Assembly: GCA_037442825.1 (NCBI GenBank)
Contig: JBBIPN010000002.1
Coordinates: forward strand, 1 to 61,988
Source of the DNA: Sulfurihydrogenibium sp.
GTDB lineage: Bacteria; Aquificota; Aquificia; Aquificales; Hydrogenothermaceae
Length of the DNA stretch: 61,988 nt
Direction: 5' to 3'
Position 1 is the stretch's first letter. Each line of letters opens with the position of its first letter. The translations under genes were made by a program, and so were the position numbers. Below the pieces are notes generated by a model. That model worked only from the letters and a program-made list of their open reading frames with translations, ran no database searches and was not told where the DNA came from. Positions 28,618 to 39,912 of the stretch are shown here, piece after piece.

Positions 28618-29397
28618 ATGATTTTAATAACACCAGATCAAGCTATTTCCGTAGCACTTGTTTTTACTAGGATCATTTCTTTTTTTATATCTTTTCCTTT
28701 AATTTCATCTCCACTTATTCCTAATAATATAAAAATTCTTTTAGTTTTAGGATTCTCTTTTTTTATTATGACAAATTTTGGGATTAACGTATCTTTTAAG
28801 GAATACGATGCCTTACTATTTTTTTTACTTATAATAAAAGAAATTCTTATAGGGTTTTCTCTTGGTTTGATAGTAAGTATATTTATGACTGTATTTTCCT
28901 ATGCTGCAGAAACAATAGGATATTTAATGGGACTTACAGTTTTAAATATGTTTAACCCAGCTTTTGGACAAACATCCGTTTTATCTGGATTTTTTCTACT
29001 ACTTTTTTATCTTATATTTTTTATCTCTGGAGCTTACCAAATTTTTATAGGTTCTATTATAAAAAGTTTTGAGATAATTCCTCTTTACTATTTCCCTCCA
29101 AACAATGAAAAGGTTTTTGAGTTTATATTAGCAAAGAGTAGTAATATATTTTTATTATCTTTTCAGATGGCTTTTCCCTTTATACTTGTTTTACTTGTAC
29201 TTAACATAACATTAGCATTAATTAACAGGATGATACCACAGATAAACGTATTTATAGTAGGATTACCAGCTCAGATTTTTATAGGTTTTGTCGTTTTGAC
29301 TTTAGCAAGTAGTATTATTGTAAGTGTAGGTTTAAATTTAGTTGATAAAATGACGAATAGTTACCTAATATTGATTAAAATTTTTGGAGCAAAATAG
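28618..29397 (+). CDS. fliR: Export gate protein FliR
   Basis: Multi-TM; RMIPQINVFIVGLP. Confidence 0.93.
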   Translation: MILITPDQAISVALVFTRIISFFISFPLISSPLIPNNIKILLVLGFSFFIMTNFGINVSFKEYDALLFFLLIIKEILIGFSLGLIVSIFMTVFSYAAETIGYLMGLTVLNMFNPAFGQTSVLSGFFLLLFYLIFFISGAYQIFIGSIIKSFEIIPLYYFPPNNEKVFEFILAKSSNIFLLSFQMAFPFILVLLVLNITLALINRMIPQINVFIVGLPAQIFIGFVVLTLASSIIVSVGLNLVDKMTNSYLILIKIFGAK

Positions 29398-29401
29398 ATA
29401 T

Positions 29402-30454
29402 ATGGCAAAAGATCCTCGTAAGACAGAAAAAGCTACACCTAAACGAAGGCAAAAAGCAAGGGAAGAAGGTCAAGTTTTAAAAAGTACAGACGTAACCATA
29501 TCAGTATCTTTGATTATTCTTTTTTTAGTATTGTTATTTTATTTACCATTTTCTTTTAAATATTTACTTGGATACTTTAAATATACTTTTTCAAATTCAT
29601 TTTATTTAATTCCAGAAAATAATAGTTTATTTATATGGTTTAGTTTTAAAGTTTTTGCAATTTTAGTACTACCTATAATATTTTTACTTTTTATTGTAGG
29701 TATTGCTTCAAATGTTGCACAGTTTGGATTTTTATTTACATTAAAACCTTTAACGCCAAAACTTGACAAACTAAACGTTATATCTGGTATTAAAAGAATT
29801 TTTTCTCTAACTGTTTTCTTTGAACTTGTTAAAAATTTATTAAAACTATCTTTAGCTCTTTTTCTATCCTACTTCTTAGTAAAGTATCTTTTAAATGATT
29901 TTTTAGTTTACATGACTGGTTCAATAAACAATCAAATCAATGTTTTTGCAAAAACTATAATAATCTTAGTTATGGCCTTTGCATTTTTATCTGTACCTAT
30001 TGCTATAACAGACTTTCTTTATAGAAGGTACGAATATGAAGAAAATCTTAAAATGACAAAAGATGAAATAAAAGAAGAAAGAAAATCCTATGAAGGTAAC
30101 CCATTAGTTAAAAGAGAAATTAGAAAAAGGATGAGGCAGCTTGCTTTAAAAAGAATGATAGCAGAAGTACCAAAGGCTGATGTTGTAATAACAAACCCAG
30201 AGCACTATGCTGTTGCATTAAAATATGAAAGAGGTAAAATGCATGCCCCAATGGTGATAGCTAAAGGACAAGATTTAATCGCCCAAAAAATAAAAGAAGT
30301 AGCAATGGAGCATAACGTTAAAATAGTAGAAAATCCCCCTATAGCAAGAGCTATATATAGTAGCTGTAAAGTAGGAGATTATATTCCAGAAAATTTATAC
30401 GAAGCTGTAGCGAAAATTTTAGCATTGATATACAAACATAAAAAAGTGATATAA
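29402..30454 (+). CDS. flhB: Export switch protein FlhB
   Basis: KTEKATPKR, EGNP, ADVVITNPEHYAVAL. Confidence 0.96.
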   Translation: MAKDPRKTEKATPKRRQKAREEGQVLKSTDVTISVSLIILFLVLLFYLPFSFKYLLGYFKYTFSNSFYLIPENNSLFIWFSFKVFAILVLPIIFLLFIVGIASNVAQFGFLFTLKPLTPKLDKLNVISGIKRIFSLTVFFELVKNLLKLSLALFLSYFLVKYLLNDFLVYMTGSINNQINVFAKTIIILVMAFAFLSVPIAITDFLYRRYEYEENLKMTKDEIKEERKSYEGNPLVKREIRKRMRQLALKRMIAEVPKADVVITNPEHYAVALKYERGKMHAPMVIAKGQDLIAQKIKEVAMEHNVKIVENPPIARAIYSSCKVGDYIPENLYEAVAKILALIYKHKKVI

Positions 30455-30455
30455 T
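30447..30455 (+). promoter_or_regulatory. Putative extended -10 promoter (TGaTATAAT) overlapping the flhB stop
   Basis: Exact TGnTATAAT; TTGATA at 30425-30430 (19-nt spacer). Confidence 0.5.
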
Positions 30456-30495
30456 ATTTTTTCATATATGTTTTTTCTTTGGAGGAGACTTAAAA

Positions 30496-31857
30496 ATGAA
30501 GTTTAAATTTATTGTATTTATTTTAATATCTATTTTTATATTTAAATCTTCTTTTGCTGATGTTAAAATTAGACCAAGTGAAATTTCTTATTTAGAAATC
30601 AACTATAAAAACACAATTATAGCAGGTGAAAACTATAATTTATCTATAAGGGCTACTGATGCTTTTGGAAACTTATCAAATAACTTTGGATTAGCAAATA
30701 AGATAAAAGTAAACTCTAATGGATTAGAAATTGACAAATCAGAATTTTTTCCTACTGATATAAAAAATGGAGAGTTTAAACTAACTGTAAAAGGTAAAAA
30801 AGTTGGCAACTATTTTTTAACTTTTTATTTAGATGAAAAACCATTGATAATAAAAATACAACCTTTAGAAGCTTTATCATCGTCTTTACCATTCAGAGTG
30901 ATAAATAACAAAGCAGAAAATGTAATAATAGAATCAAAAGACATATTTCTACCAGGTTACAGCTATACAATAAAACTTAGCTTCTATGATAAAGAAGGTA
31001 ATCCAGTTGTAGAAAAATCTCATATAAACCAAACATTTAATGTATCAGTAAATAGTGTCAATAAAACTATTGGTTTAAATGATTTTATAGGTAACTCTAC
31101 AAGTTATGAAATTATTCCATATACAACTACAAAATTTGATATTTCAGTACAAGATAATGAAAATAAAAAGATTTTAGCAAGTAAAACAGTAGAACCAGAA
31201 TTGCAAAACATAAGAAAAATTGAAATTGATTATCCAAGTGAAATTGAAGCAGGTAAACCGTTTACTATAAAGTTAAAAGCTTTAGATACACAAGATAGAC
31301 TGATTAAAGTTTTTGATAAAATAGGAAAAGATATAAAATTAAAAGTAAATGGAACAGGTAAATTATTACCAGATAATATACCAAAAGAAGCTTTTACAGA
31401 TGGATATGCTGAAATTCAAGCAATATACACAAAAAGTGAAACGGTCAATATTGAACCTGTCATTCTTGGTATAGAAAAGATAGAAAAAATAGTAAAGCAG
31501 GAGATTCAAAAAGAAGAGCAAAAAGAAGTAAAGAAAGAAGAAAAAAAGGAAAAAAGACAGACTTTTTTAAAACTTAAATTTCCTTTAGAACTTGGAATAT
31601 TATCTAAAGTAGATTTAGAATCAAAAAAAGATAACTTTTACATTTATACAGCAAAGTTCTCAACAAGAAATTTAGATTATGAAGTAAAAAAATTTGAAAG
31701 AGAAATTACAATAAATAAAGAAAACATAGGAAGTATAAAATTTTCTGAAGATAAAAAACACAATATAAAGATAGAGATATCTTTGAAAGAAGGTTTTAAA
31801 CCAAATATAAGCTTATTAAATAAGAATACTATTGAGTTAAAGGTAATTGAAGAATAA
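30496..31857 (+). CDS. Exported protein with repeated Ig/filamin-like beta modules
   Basis: Signal peptide (SFA-D); three related segments AGENYNLSIRATDAFGN / PGYSYTIKLSFYDKEGN / AGKPFTIKLKALDTQDR. Confidence 0.65.
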   Translation: MKFKFIVFILISIFIFKSSFADVKIRPSEISYLEINYKNTIIAGENYNLSIRATDAFGNLSNNFGLANKIKVNSNGLEIDKSEFFPTDIKNGEFKLTVKGKKVGNYFLTFYLDEKPLIIKIQPLEALSSSLPFRVINNKAENVIIESKDIFLPGYSYTIKLSFYDKEGNPVVEKSHINQTFNVSVNSVNKTIGLNDFIGNSTSYEIIPYTTTKFDISVQDNENKKILASKTVEPELQNIRKIEIDYPSEIEAGKPFTIKLKALDTQDRLIKVFDKIGKDIKLKVNGTGKLLPDNIPKEAFTDGYAEIQAIYTKSETVNIEPVILGIEKIEKIVKQEIQKEEQKEVKKEEKKEKRQTFLKLKFPLELGILSKVDLESKKDNFYIYTAKFSTRNLDYEVKKFEREITINKENIGSIKFSEDKKHNIKIEISLKEGFKPNISLLNKNTIELKVIEE

Positions 31858-32183
31858 TGAATAAGATAATAGTTATACCAATAATTATTAGCTTAATGTC
31901 AAATCCTGAATACAAAAATCAAATTAAAGAAGAGATTATCCCTATTTCTAAAACAAGTGTAGAAAAAATAATAGAAATAGAAAATTATAAAAAAAACGAG
32001 ATAACTATACCAATAACAAAAAAAGTAAAAAAGACAAAAAAAAGAAAATCAGATTATTTTATAAAAGTATATGAAAGTAGAAATTTTATTAACATTAGTA
32101 TATCTATATCTAAATCTCTATTAAAAAATAAAAAAGTTATCAAACTACCACCTAAGAAAGTAGATATAAGTATTGAAGAATAA
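31857..32183 (+). CDS. Small basic hypothetical protein
   Basis: TAATG-coupled ORF filling the gap to guaA; hydrophobic N-terminus. Confidence 0.55.
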   Translation: MNKIIVIPIIISLMSNPEYKNQIKEEIIPISKTSVEKIIEIENYKKNEITIPITKKVKKTKKRKSDYFIKVYESRNFINISISISKSLLKNKKVIKLPPKKVDISIEE

Positions 32184-32193
32184 AGGAGAGAAA

Positions 32194-33729
32194 ATGCACC
32201 AAGGGATAGTAATTTTAGATTTTGGTTCACAGTATACACAATTAATAGCCAGAAGAATAAGAGAACTACATATTTATAGTGAGATATTACCTTACAACAC
32301 ACCTATTGAAGAGATATTAAAACATAATCCAAAAGGAATAATATTTTCTGGTGGTCCGGCTTCTGTATACGAAACAGATGCACCAAAACCAGATGATAGA
32401 ATCTATGACTTAGGACTTCCTATTTTAGGTATATGTTATGGATTACAACTAATAACTCAACACTTTGGAGGTCAAGTAGTAAAATCTGATAAACATGAAT
32501 ACGGAAAAGCTGAAATAGAAATTTTAGATAGGGAAGATCTATTTTACTATATTCCACACTATACACATGTATGGATGAGTCATGGAGATAAAGTAATAAA
32601 ACTACCAGAAGGTTTTGAAGTTTTAGCAAGAACATTTAATGCTCCTTTTGCAGCAGTTAGAAATAAAGAAAAGAAAATTTGGGGTGTTCAGTTTCATCCA
32701 GAAGTAACACATACACTTTTAGGAAAAGAGATTCTTAAAAATTTTGCTGTAAAAATATGTGGATGTAACCAAGATTGGACTATGGGTAACTTCTTAATGG
32801 AACAACAGGTTAAGACAAAAGAAATAGTAGGAAATAAAAAAGCTATATGCGCTTTATCTGGTGGTGTTGATTCATCTGTTGCAGCAGTACTTGTACACAA
32901 CGCTATTAGAGATAATCTAACTTGTATTTTTGTTGATAATGGATTACTTAGGAAAGGAGAGAGAGAACAAGTTGAGAAAACATTTAGAGATAATTTCCAT
33001 ATTCCATTGATAGTAGTAGATGCAAAAGATAGATTTTTAAATGCTTTAAAAGGTATTACTGATCCTGAGCAAAAAAGAAAGATTATAGGAAATCTATTTA
33101 TAAAGGTATTTGAAGAAGAAGCTAAAAAATTAAAAGATGTTGAGTTTTTAGTTCAAGGAACATTGTATCCAGATGTTATAGAAAGTATTTCTGTAAAAGG
33201 TCCTTCTGCTGTAATAAAAACACATCACAATGTTGGTGGTTTACCAGAAAGGATGAATTTAAAACTTATAGAACCTTTAAGAGAACTATTTAAAGATGAA
33301 GTGAGAGAACTTGGTAAAGAACTTGGATTACCTGAAGATATCATATATAGACAACCTTTCCCAGGACCTGGTTTAGCGATAAGGGTTATTGGTGAAGTAA
33401 ATGAAAATGACCTAAACATACTTAGAGAAGCTGATGCTATAGTTTTAGAAGAGATAAAAAATGCTGGTACTTATAGAAATTTATGGCAGTCTTTTGCTGT
33501 TTTACTTCCAATTCACACTGTAGGTGTTATGGGAGATTATAGAACTTATGAAAAAGTTATTGCTATAAGAGCTGTAGAAAGTACAGATGGAATGACAGCA
33601 GACTGGGCAAAGTTACCTTACAATCTTTTAGATAAAATAATGAGAAGAATAATCAATGAAGTTAAAGGTGTTAACAGAGTAGTTTACGATATATCTTCTA
33701 AACCACCTGCAACTATTGAGTGGGAATAA
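32194..33729 (+). CDS. guaA: GMP synthase (glutamine-hydrolysing)
   Basis: [43 protein letters not shown] 32194 with AGGAG. Confidence 0.98.
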   Translation: MHQGIVILDFGSQYTQLIARRIRELHIYSEILPYNTPIEEILKHNPKGIIFSGGPASVYETDAPKPDDRIYDLGLPILGICYGLQLITQHFGGQVVKSDKHEYGKAEIEILDREDLFYYIPHYTHVWMSHGDKVIKLPEGFEVLARTFNAPFAAVRNKEKKIWGVQFHPEVTHTLLGKEILKNFAVKICGCNQDWTMGNFLMEQQVKTKEIVGNKKAICALSGGVDSSVAAVLVHNAIRDNLTCIFVDNGLLRKGEREQVEKTFRDNFHIPLIVVDAKDRFLNALKGITDPEQKRKIIGNLFIKVFEEEAKKLKDVEFLVQGTLYPDVIESISVKGPSAVIKTHHNVGGLPERMNLKLIEPLRELFKDEVRELGKELGLPEDIIYRQPFPGPGLAIRVIGEVNENDLNILREADAIVLEEIKNAGTYRNLWQSFAVLLPIHTVGVMGDYRTYEKVIAIRAVESTDGMTADWAKLPYNLLDKIMRRIINEVKGVNRVVYDISSKPPATIEWE

Positions 33730-33730
33730 T

Positions 33731-34504
33731 GTGAAAATAGGTATAGCTTTATCTGGTGGTGCAGTAAGAGGACTTGCACATATAGGATTTTTAAAAGCTT
33801 TTGAAGAGTTAGGATTTAAACCTTCTTTTGTTTCAGGAGTAAGTGCAGGTTCCATAATAGGTGCCTTTTACTGTAATGGTTATTCACCAAAAGAGATGGA
33901 AGAGATAGTTTTAAAAACAAATTTAAATACTTTTATATTGCCTACTGTATCTAAAAAATCTTTTTTTAGTCTTGATAAAATTGAACAATTTTTAGAAAAG
34001 TATATAGGAAAAGTTGATATAAAAGACTTAAAAGTACCTCTAATTATAGCTGCAACTAACTTAAATAAAGCAAAAGTTGAATATTTTTATTCTGGTAATC
34101 TTATAAAAATAGTAAAAGCTTCTTGTTCTATACCTGTAATGTTTAAACCTATAAAAATAGATAAATATTATTATGTTGACGGTGGAATTATGAACAACCT
34201 ACCAGTAGAACCATTAAAAGATTTAGTAGATTTTACAATAGGTATGGAAGTAAACCCATTTTTAGAAGAAGAAAAAGATTTTAGCAATATAATATCTATA
34301 GGTATTAGAAGTTTCTTCTTAGCTATCCGTTCAAATATAGAAATAAGTAAAAAACTTTGCGATATGTTTATTCAACCACCAGAACTTACTAAAATACCAC
34401 TTTTTGCTACTTGGAAAGGGAAAGATGCTATAGAAATTGGCTATAGACATAGTAAAGATATTTTAGTTAAAAGTAAACTTTTTGAAAAACTTCATAAGCA
34501 TTAA
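33731..34504 (+). CDS. Patatin-like phospholipase
   Basis: LSGGAVRG, GVSAG nucleophile elbow, DGG. Confidence 0.92.
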   Translation: MKIGIALSGGAVRGLAHIGFLKAFEELGFKPSFVSGVSAGSIIGAFYCNGYSPKEMEEIVLKTNLNTFILPTVSKKSFFSLDKIEQFLEKYIGKVDIKDLKVPLIIAATNLNKAKVEYFYSGNLIKIVKASCSIPVMFKPIKIDKYYYVDGGIMNNLPVEPLKDLVDFTIGMEVNPFLEEEKDFSNIISIGIRSFFLAIRSNIEISKKLCDMFIQPPELTKIPLFATWKGKDAIEIGYRHSKDILVKSKLFEKLHKH

Positions 34505-35309
34505 ATGAACTTCTTACCAACTTACCAGAAAATACAAATTTAAAACCCATTTCATAACCAACTTTTTCTAATTCTTTAAATTCTTCATCTGTATAATACT
34601 TAGCAACAGGTAAATTATTTTTTGTAGGTTGCAAATACTGACCAAGAGTTATAATATCAACATCACTTTTATAAAGGTCTTCCATAAGTTTTAGTATCTG
34701 TTCTTTTGTTTCTCCAAGTCCAACCATAAAGCCAGACTTTGTAAGCATATTTTTATCTAAATCTTTTACAATTTTTAGTAATTTTAGAGACCTATAGTAA
34801 TTACTTTGAGGTCTAACTGTTTTGTATAACTCTTTAACAGTTTCTATATTGTGATTTATGATTTGAGGCTTGGCATCTACAATGATTTTTAAACTTTCAA
34901 GATTACCTTTGAAATCAGGTATTAAAACTTCTATAGTACACTCTTTATTAAACTCTCTTACTTTTTTTACAACGTTAGCAAAATGAGTTGCTCCACCATC
35001 TTCTAAATCATCTCTATCTACAGATGTAATAACAACATGCTTTAATCCTAAGATTTTTACAGCTCTTGCAACATTTAAAGGTTCTAAAGGATCTGGTAAT
35101 TTTGGTTTTCCATGTTTTACACTACAAAAAGGACAGCTTCTTGTACATACATCTCCAAGTATCATAAATGTAGCTGTTTTTTTAGAAAAACATTCACCAA
35201 TATTAGGACATTTAGCTTCTTCACAGACAGTGTTTAGTTCTAATCTGCGAAGAAGCTTTTTTATATATAAAACTTCTTGAGAAAGAGGCGATTTTATTAA
35301 AGGTTTCAA
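34467..35309 (-). CDS. lipA: Lipoyl synthase
   Basis: CEEAKCPNIGEC plus radical-SAM CTRSCPFC; GQYLQP; RSS. Confidence 0.96.
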   Translation of the reverse strand: MKPLIKSPLSQEVLYIKKLLRRLELNTVCEEAKCPNIGECFSKKTATFMILGDVCTRSCPFCSVKHGKPKLPDPLEPLNVARAVKILGLKHVVITSVDRDDLEDGGATHFANVVKKVREFNKECTIEVLIPDFKGNLESLKIIVDAKPQIINHNIETVKELYKTVRPQSNYYRSLKLLKIVKDLDKNMLTKSGFMVGLGETKEQILKLMEDLYKSDVDIITLGQYLQPTKNNLPVAKYYTDEEFKELEKVGYEMGFKFVFSGKLVRSSFNAYEVFQKVYF

Positions 35310-36578
35310 CTACTCCCCATATCCATAATCTTTAAACCAATCTGGATAAAGTGGATAACTTGAACAGAGAGATAAAACATCTTCTTTAACTTCCTGAATA
35401 ACTTTTTCATTATCAATATTTCTTAGAACTTTTACTATATTTTTTGCTATTCTTCTCATATCATTTTCTTTCATTCCTCTTGTTGTTAAAGCTGCTGTAC
35501 CAAGTCTAATACCTGATGTTACTGTAGGCTTTTCTGGATCAAAAGGAATAGCATTTTTATTTACAGTTATATTGGCTTTACCTAAAGCTTCTTCAGCTAT
35601 ATTTCCCTTTACATTTAAAGGTCTTAAATCTACAAGCATAAGATGACTATCTGTTCCACCAGAAACAATTCTAAGTCCTTGAGATATGAGTTCTTCTGCT
35701 AAAACTTTTGCATTTTTTACTACTTGTTCAGCATACTTTTTAAACTCATCAGTTAAAGCTTCTCCAAAAGCTACAGCTTTTGCAGCTATAACATGCATCA
35801 AAGGTCCACCTTGAAGTCTTGGGAATACCCATTTATCTATATCTTTTGCATACTCCTCTTTACATAAAATAAAACCACCCCTTGGACCTCTTAATGTTTT
35901 ATGTGTTGTAGACGTTACAAACTGTGCATAAAGTACTGGATTTGGATAAACACCACCAGCTATTAAACCAGAATAGTGTGCCATATCAACCATAAGTAAA
36001 GCACCTACTTCATCTGCAATCTCTCTAAACTTAGCAAAATCTATAATCCTTGAGTAAGCTGATGCACCAGCTATAATCATTTTTGGTTTGTGTTCTTTAG
36101 CTAATTTATAAACTTCATCGTAATCTATAAGCTCTGTTTCTGGATTTAAACCATACTGAACAGAGTTGAAGACAATACCTGAAACGTTAACTTTTGCACC
36201 ATGCGTAAGATGTCCACCATGATCTAATCTCATACCAAGTATTGTATCTCCTGGTTGAAGTTGAGAGAAAAATACTGCTTGATTTGCTTGAGAACCTGAA
36301 TGAGGTTGGACATTTGCATGATCTGCACCATATATCTGTTTTAACCTTTCAATAGCAAGATCTTCCACTATATCTACATACTCACAACCACCATAATATC
36401 TTTTATAAGGAAGACCTTCAGCATATTTGTTAGTTAAAACACTTCCTTGAGCTTCCATTACAGCTTGTGAAGTGTAATTTTCAGAAGCTATCATCTCAAG
36501 ATGTTCTTGTTGTCTTTCAAACTCTTTTGAAACTGCATTATAAACTTCTAAATCAACTTTTTTTAAATGCTCTAACAA
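35310..36578 (-). CDS. glyA: Serine hydroxymethyltransferase
   Basis: [26 protein letters not shown] at 36578 after AGGAGG. Confidence 0.98.
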   Translation of the reverse strand: MLEHLKKVDLEVYNAVSKEFERQQEHLEMIASENYTSQAVMEAQGSVLTNKYAEGLPYKRYYGGCEYVDIVEDLAIERLKQIYGADHANVQPHSGSQANQAVFFSQLQPGDTILGMRLDHGGHLTHGAKVNVSGIVFNSVQYGLNPETELIDYDEVYKLAKEHKPKMIIAGASAYSRIIDFAKFREIADEVGALLMVDMAHYSGLIAGGVYPNPVLYAQFVTSTTHKTLRGPRGGFILCKEEYAKDIDKWVFPRLQGGPLMHVIAAKAVAFGEALTDEFKKYAEQVVKNAKVLAEELISQGLRIVSGGTDSHLMLVDLRPLNVKGNIAEEALGKANITVNKNAIPFDPEKPTVTSGIRLGTAALTTRGMKENDMRRIAKNIVKVLRNIDNEKVIQEVKEDVLSLCSSYPLYPDWFKDYGYGE

Positions 36579-36588
36579 TGCTATCCTC

Positions 36589-37035
36589 CTACATATTTCC
36601 TTTTTCAATATCTAATATAAGCTTTACTCTTCTTTCATGCCTTCCACCTTCAAAAGGTGTTTCTAAGAATGTATCTATTATAGCTAAGGCATGGTCTAAA
36701 CCTATAACCCTTTGACCTAAAGCTAAGACATTAGCATCATTATGGGATCTTGCCATTCTTGCCATAAACTCATTTGTACATAAAGCAGCTCTAATACCTT
36801 TTATTTTATTTGCTGCAATAGAAATGCCTATACCTGTTCCACATATTATAATACCAAAATCTGCTTCTTTTGATTGAACACTTTTACCTACTTCTTCACC
36901 AAAGTAAGGATAATCAACAGATTCTGGGGAGTATGTTCCTTTATCTATAACTTCATACTTCTTAGATTTCAGATATTCTTTTATCTTCTCTTTATAAAAA
37001 AATCCTCCATGATCGCTTCCTATTGCTATTTTCAA
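36589..37035 (-). CDS. rpiB: Ribose-5-phosphate isomerase B
   Basis: [27 protein letters not shown] at 37035 after GGAGG. Confidence 0.96.
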   Translation of the reverse strand: MKIAIGSDHGGFFYKEKIKEYLKSKKYEVIDKGTYSPESVDYPYFGEEVGKSVQSKEADFGIIICGTGIGISIAANKIKGIRAALCTNEFMARMARSHNDANVLALGQRVIGLDHALAIIDTFLETPFEGGRHERRVKLILDIEKGNM

Positions 37036-37092
37036 AATTCGATCCTCCAAAAAGATTATATTTAATTTTAACATAATTAAGGCTCTTTTATA

Positions 37093-37101
37093 TGATAAAA
37101 T
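37093..37101 (+). promoter_or_regulatory. Putative extended -10 promoter (TGaTAAAAT)
   Basis: In the divergent rpiB / L,D-transpeptidase gap, upstream of AAGGAGG. Confidence 0.45.
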
Positions 37102-37125
37102 TTTTAAATTTAAGGAGGTAATTTA

Positions 37126-38499
37126 ATGAGAATAATAGTAACAACACTTTTAATAATATTAAGTTTTAGTTATGGAGAAGAAGATTTAATAAAAGTAGCA
37201 AAAACAAAAGTATCTGCAAAAATAAATGAGATAACTTTAAATAAAGCATTAAAATTTTATAATGAAGGACTTTACTTAAATGTTATACAAACAGCTGAAA
37301 ATTTAATAAAAAAACCTCTTTCAGATATAGATACGGAGCTTGCAAATTTAATTTATGTCCATGCATTGTACAAAAATAGAGAAGAAGAAAAGATGTTTAA
37401 TTATATAAGAAACTTAAATATGGACAAATTTTCCCAGTATGGGAAGTATAGAATATATCAAATAGCTATGCTGTTATTTTTAGAGAGAAAACATAAAGAA
37501 GGAGAAAACTATATATTAGAAAAGTTAGGATTAAATGAAGATAAAAATATAAAATTAGATAACGAAGAAAAGGAAAAAATTATAGAGATTATCCTTAAGG
37601 ATAAAATTTCTAAAAAAGAAAAAGTAAACGATCTTGTAAGATATAAAGATATTAAGTTTTATGGAGAAAATAGTGAGATTATAAACTACAAAGGTATAGA
37701 TTTTATTTTAAATAAAAATATATTCAAGCTCGATAAAGATATTCCTATTATTGGAGAATTGTCAATATACATATCAGAAAAGGATCAAACATTACTTGAA
37801 ATTTCAAAGAAGTTAGGACTTGGCTACTATGAACTTAGAAATGCAAATCCATTAATAGATCCTTTTGATGTAAGAAAAAATCAGATAATTATAGTACCAC
37901 TTAAAAGAATATTACCTTTTAAGAATTTTGAATATAACGTAATATATATAAATATATATGAAACAAGACTGTACCTACCTATAAAAATAGATGAAGAAAG
38001 TTATGTTATAACGTTTCCGATAGGTATAGGAACTGATGAAGCCCAATCTCCTGTAGGAGAGTTTGAAATTTCACAAAAAAGATTAGATCCTGCATGGATA
38101 CCACCTGAAAGTATTAGAAAAGAGCAACCAGATTTACCAGAGATATTCCCACCCGGACCTGATAACCCTCTTGGTACAAGAGCTATGAGACTTGGAAATA
38201 CAAACTTTCTTATACATGGAACAAACAAAGAGTATGGAATAGGTATGAGAGTCAGTCACGGCTGTATAAGAATGTACAATGAAGATGTTGAAAAACTTTT
38301 TGAAGTTGTTGAGTTAGGAACAAAAGTAGTGTCTCATACATACAGTTACAAAATATATTCAAGTACATTTAAAATTGTTGAAGCATTTGATGAAAATTCT
38401 GTAAATGATTTAGAAAAAAGCGGTATAGTAAGTAAAAAATTCTTAAATTTTTACAAAACAAATTTATTTGGAAAAAGTTTTGCAATAAAAGCGTGGTGA
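37126..38499 (+). CDS. L,D-transpeptidase (ErfK/YbiS/YkuD family) with long N-terminal extension
   Basis: PGPDNPLG, IHGTN...SHGCIRM; LysM-like segment; signal peptide. Confidence 0.92.
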   Translation: MRIIVTTLLIILSFSYGEEDLIKVAKTKVSAKINEITLNKALKFYNEGLYLNVIQTAENLIKKPLSDIDTELANLIYVHALYKNREEEKMFNYIRNLNMDKFSQYGKYRIYQIAMLLFLERKHKEGENYILEKLGLNEDKNIKLDNEEKEKIIEIILKDKISKKEKVNDLVRYKDIKFYGENSEIINYKGIDFILNKNIFKLDKDIPIIGELSIYISEKDQTLLEISKKLGLGYYELRNANPLIDPFDVRKNQIIIVPLKRILPFKNFEYNVIYINIYETRLYLPIKIDEESYVITFPIGIGTDEAQSPVGEFEISQKRLDPAWIPPESIRKEQPDLPEIFPPGPDNPLGTRAMRLGNTNFLIHGTNKEYGIGMRVSHGCIRMYNEDVEKLFEVVELGTKVVSHTYSYKIYSSTFKIVEAFDENSVNDLEKSGIVSKKFLNFYKTNLFGKSFAIKAW

Positions 38500-38508
38500 G
38501 GGTAAAAA

Positions 38509-39870
38509 ATGAATAGAGAAACACTTATAAAATGGGATAAAGAATACTTTTGGCATCCTTTTACACAGATGAAGGTTTACAGAGAAGAAGATAACATAAT
38601 AGTAGAAAGGGGAGAAGGTAATTATATTATTGATATATATGGGAATAGATATTTAGATGGTGTGGCATCTTTATGGTGTAATGTTCATGGTCATAATCAT
38701 CCAAAATTAAATAAAGCAATATGGGAACAAGTATCTAAGATAGCTCACTTTACTACACTTGGAACATCAAATATACCAGCTATTAAATTAGCAAAGAGAT
38801 TAACAGAGATAACACCTAAAAATTTAACAAAAGTATTTTACAGTGAAGATGGTTCCGAAGCTATGGAAATAGCTATAAAAATAGCGTATCACTACTGGCA
38901 TAATATAGGTTTTAAAGAAAAAAATAAATTTATAACACTTAACGAAGCTTACCATGGAGACACTATAGGAAGTGTAAGTATAGGAGGGATAAATATTTTT
39001 CATGAAAAATACAGACCTTTACTTTTTGATGTATACAAATTACCTTCACCTTATTTACAAGCAAAAAAAATAGCTAAAGATGATAAATATCTATCTTATG
39101 AAACAACTAAAAAACTCATTGAAGAAGTAGAAGATTTTGTATTTCAGCACCATCAAAGTATAGCTGGTTTTGTCTTAGAGGCTGGAGTACAAGGTGCAGC
39201 AGGTATACTTCCTTTTCCAAAAGGATATTTAAAAGAGATAGAAAAAATTTGCAAAGAGTATAACATCTTAATGATTGTAGATGAAGTTGCTACTGGTTTT
39301 GGAAGAACTGGTGAAATGTTTGCATCTATCAAAGAAAATATTCAGCCAGATATAATTGCTCTTGGAAAAGGAATAACCGGTGGTTATCTACCTTTAGCAG
39401 CAACATTAACAACAGACGATATTTTTAATGCTTTTTTAGGTGAGTTCGGAGAAGCAAAACATTTTTATCATGGACATACCTACACAGGAAATCCTATAGC
39501 TTGCAATTTAGCGCTTACAAACATAAATTTATTCGAGGAAGAAAAAACATTAGAAAATGTAAGAAAAAATATAGCTATTTTAGAGGAAAGATTGCAAGAA
39601 TTTTTAGAGCTAAATCATGTTATTGATGTTAGAAACTATGGACTCATGGCAGGTGTAGAACTTATAAAAGACAAGGAAAAACAAGAAAATTACCCATATG
39701 GGGAAAGAATGGGATTTAAAGTTGCAAAAGCTATGTTAAAAAGAGGGATTTGGGTTAGACCATTAGGTGATGTGATGGTAATAATGCCTCCTTTATCCAT
39801 AAAAGAAGAAGAACTTAACTATTTTATAGACTCTTTAAAAGAAAGTATAATAGAAGTATGTGGAAACTAA
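38509..39870 (+). CDS. bioA: Adenosylmethionine-8-amino-7-oxononanoate aminotransferase
   Basis: WHPFTQM, YHGDT, DEVATGFGRTG, GKGITGGYLP, HGHTYTGNP. Confidence 0.95.
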   Translation: MNRETLIKWDKEYFWHPFTQMKVYREEDNIIVERGEGNYIIDIYGNRYLDGVASLWCNVHGHNHPKLNKAIWEQVSKIAHFTTLGTSNIPAIKLAKRLTEITPKNLTKVFYSEDGSEAMEIAIKIAYHYWHNIGFKEKNKFITLNEAYHGDTIGSVSIGGINIFHEKYRPLLFDVYKLPSPYLQAKKIAKDDKYLSYETTKKLIEEVEDFVFQHHQSIAGFVLEAGVQGAAGILPFPKGYLKEIEKICKEYNILMIVDEVATGFGRTGEMFASIKENIQPDIIALGKGITGGYLPLAATLTTDDIFNAFLGEFGEAKHFYHGHTYTGNPIACNLALTNINLFEEEKTLENVRKNIAILEERLQEFLELNHVIDVRNYGLMAGVELIKDKEKQENYPYGERMGFKVAKAMLKRGIWVRPLGDVMVIMPPLSIKEEELNYFIDSLKESIIEVCGN

Positions 39871-39875
39871 AAAAA

Positions 39876-39884
39876 TGATAAAAT
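39876..39884 (+). promoter_or_regulatory. Putative extended -10 promoter (TGaTAAAAT)
   Basis: Intergenic, upstream of the AAGGAGG of mqnD. Confidence 0.45.
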
Positions 39885-39912
39885 TATCTTAAAAAAGAGC
39901 TAAGGAGGATTT

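Noticed and set aside
30194..30205. FlhB cleavage motif NPEH instead of NPTH
   Set aside because: The Asn-Pro needed for autocleavage is intact; treated as an ordinary variant
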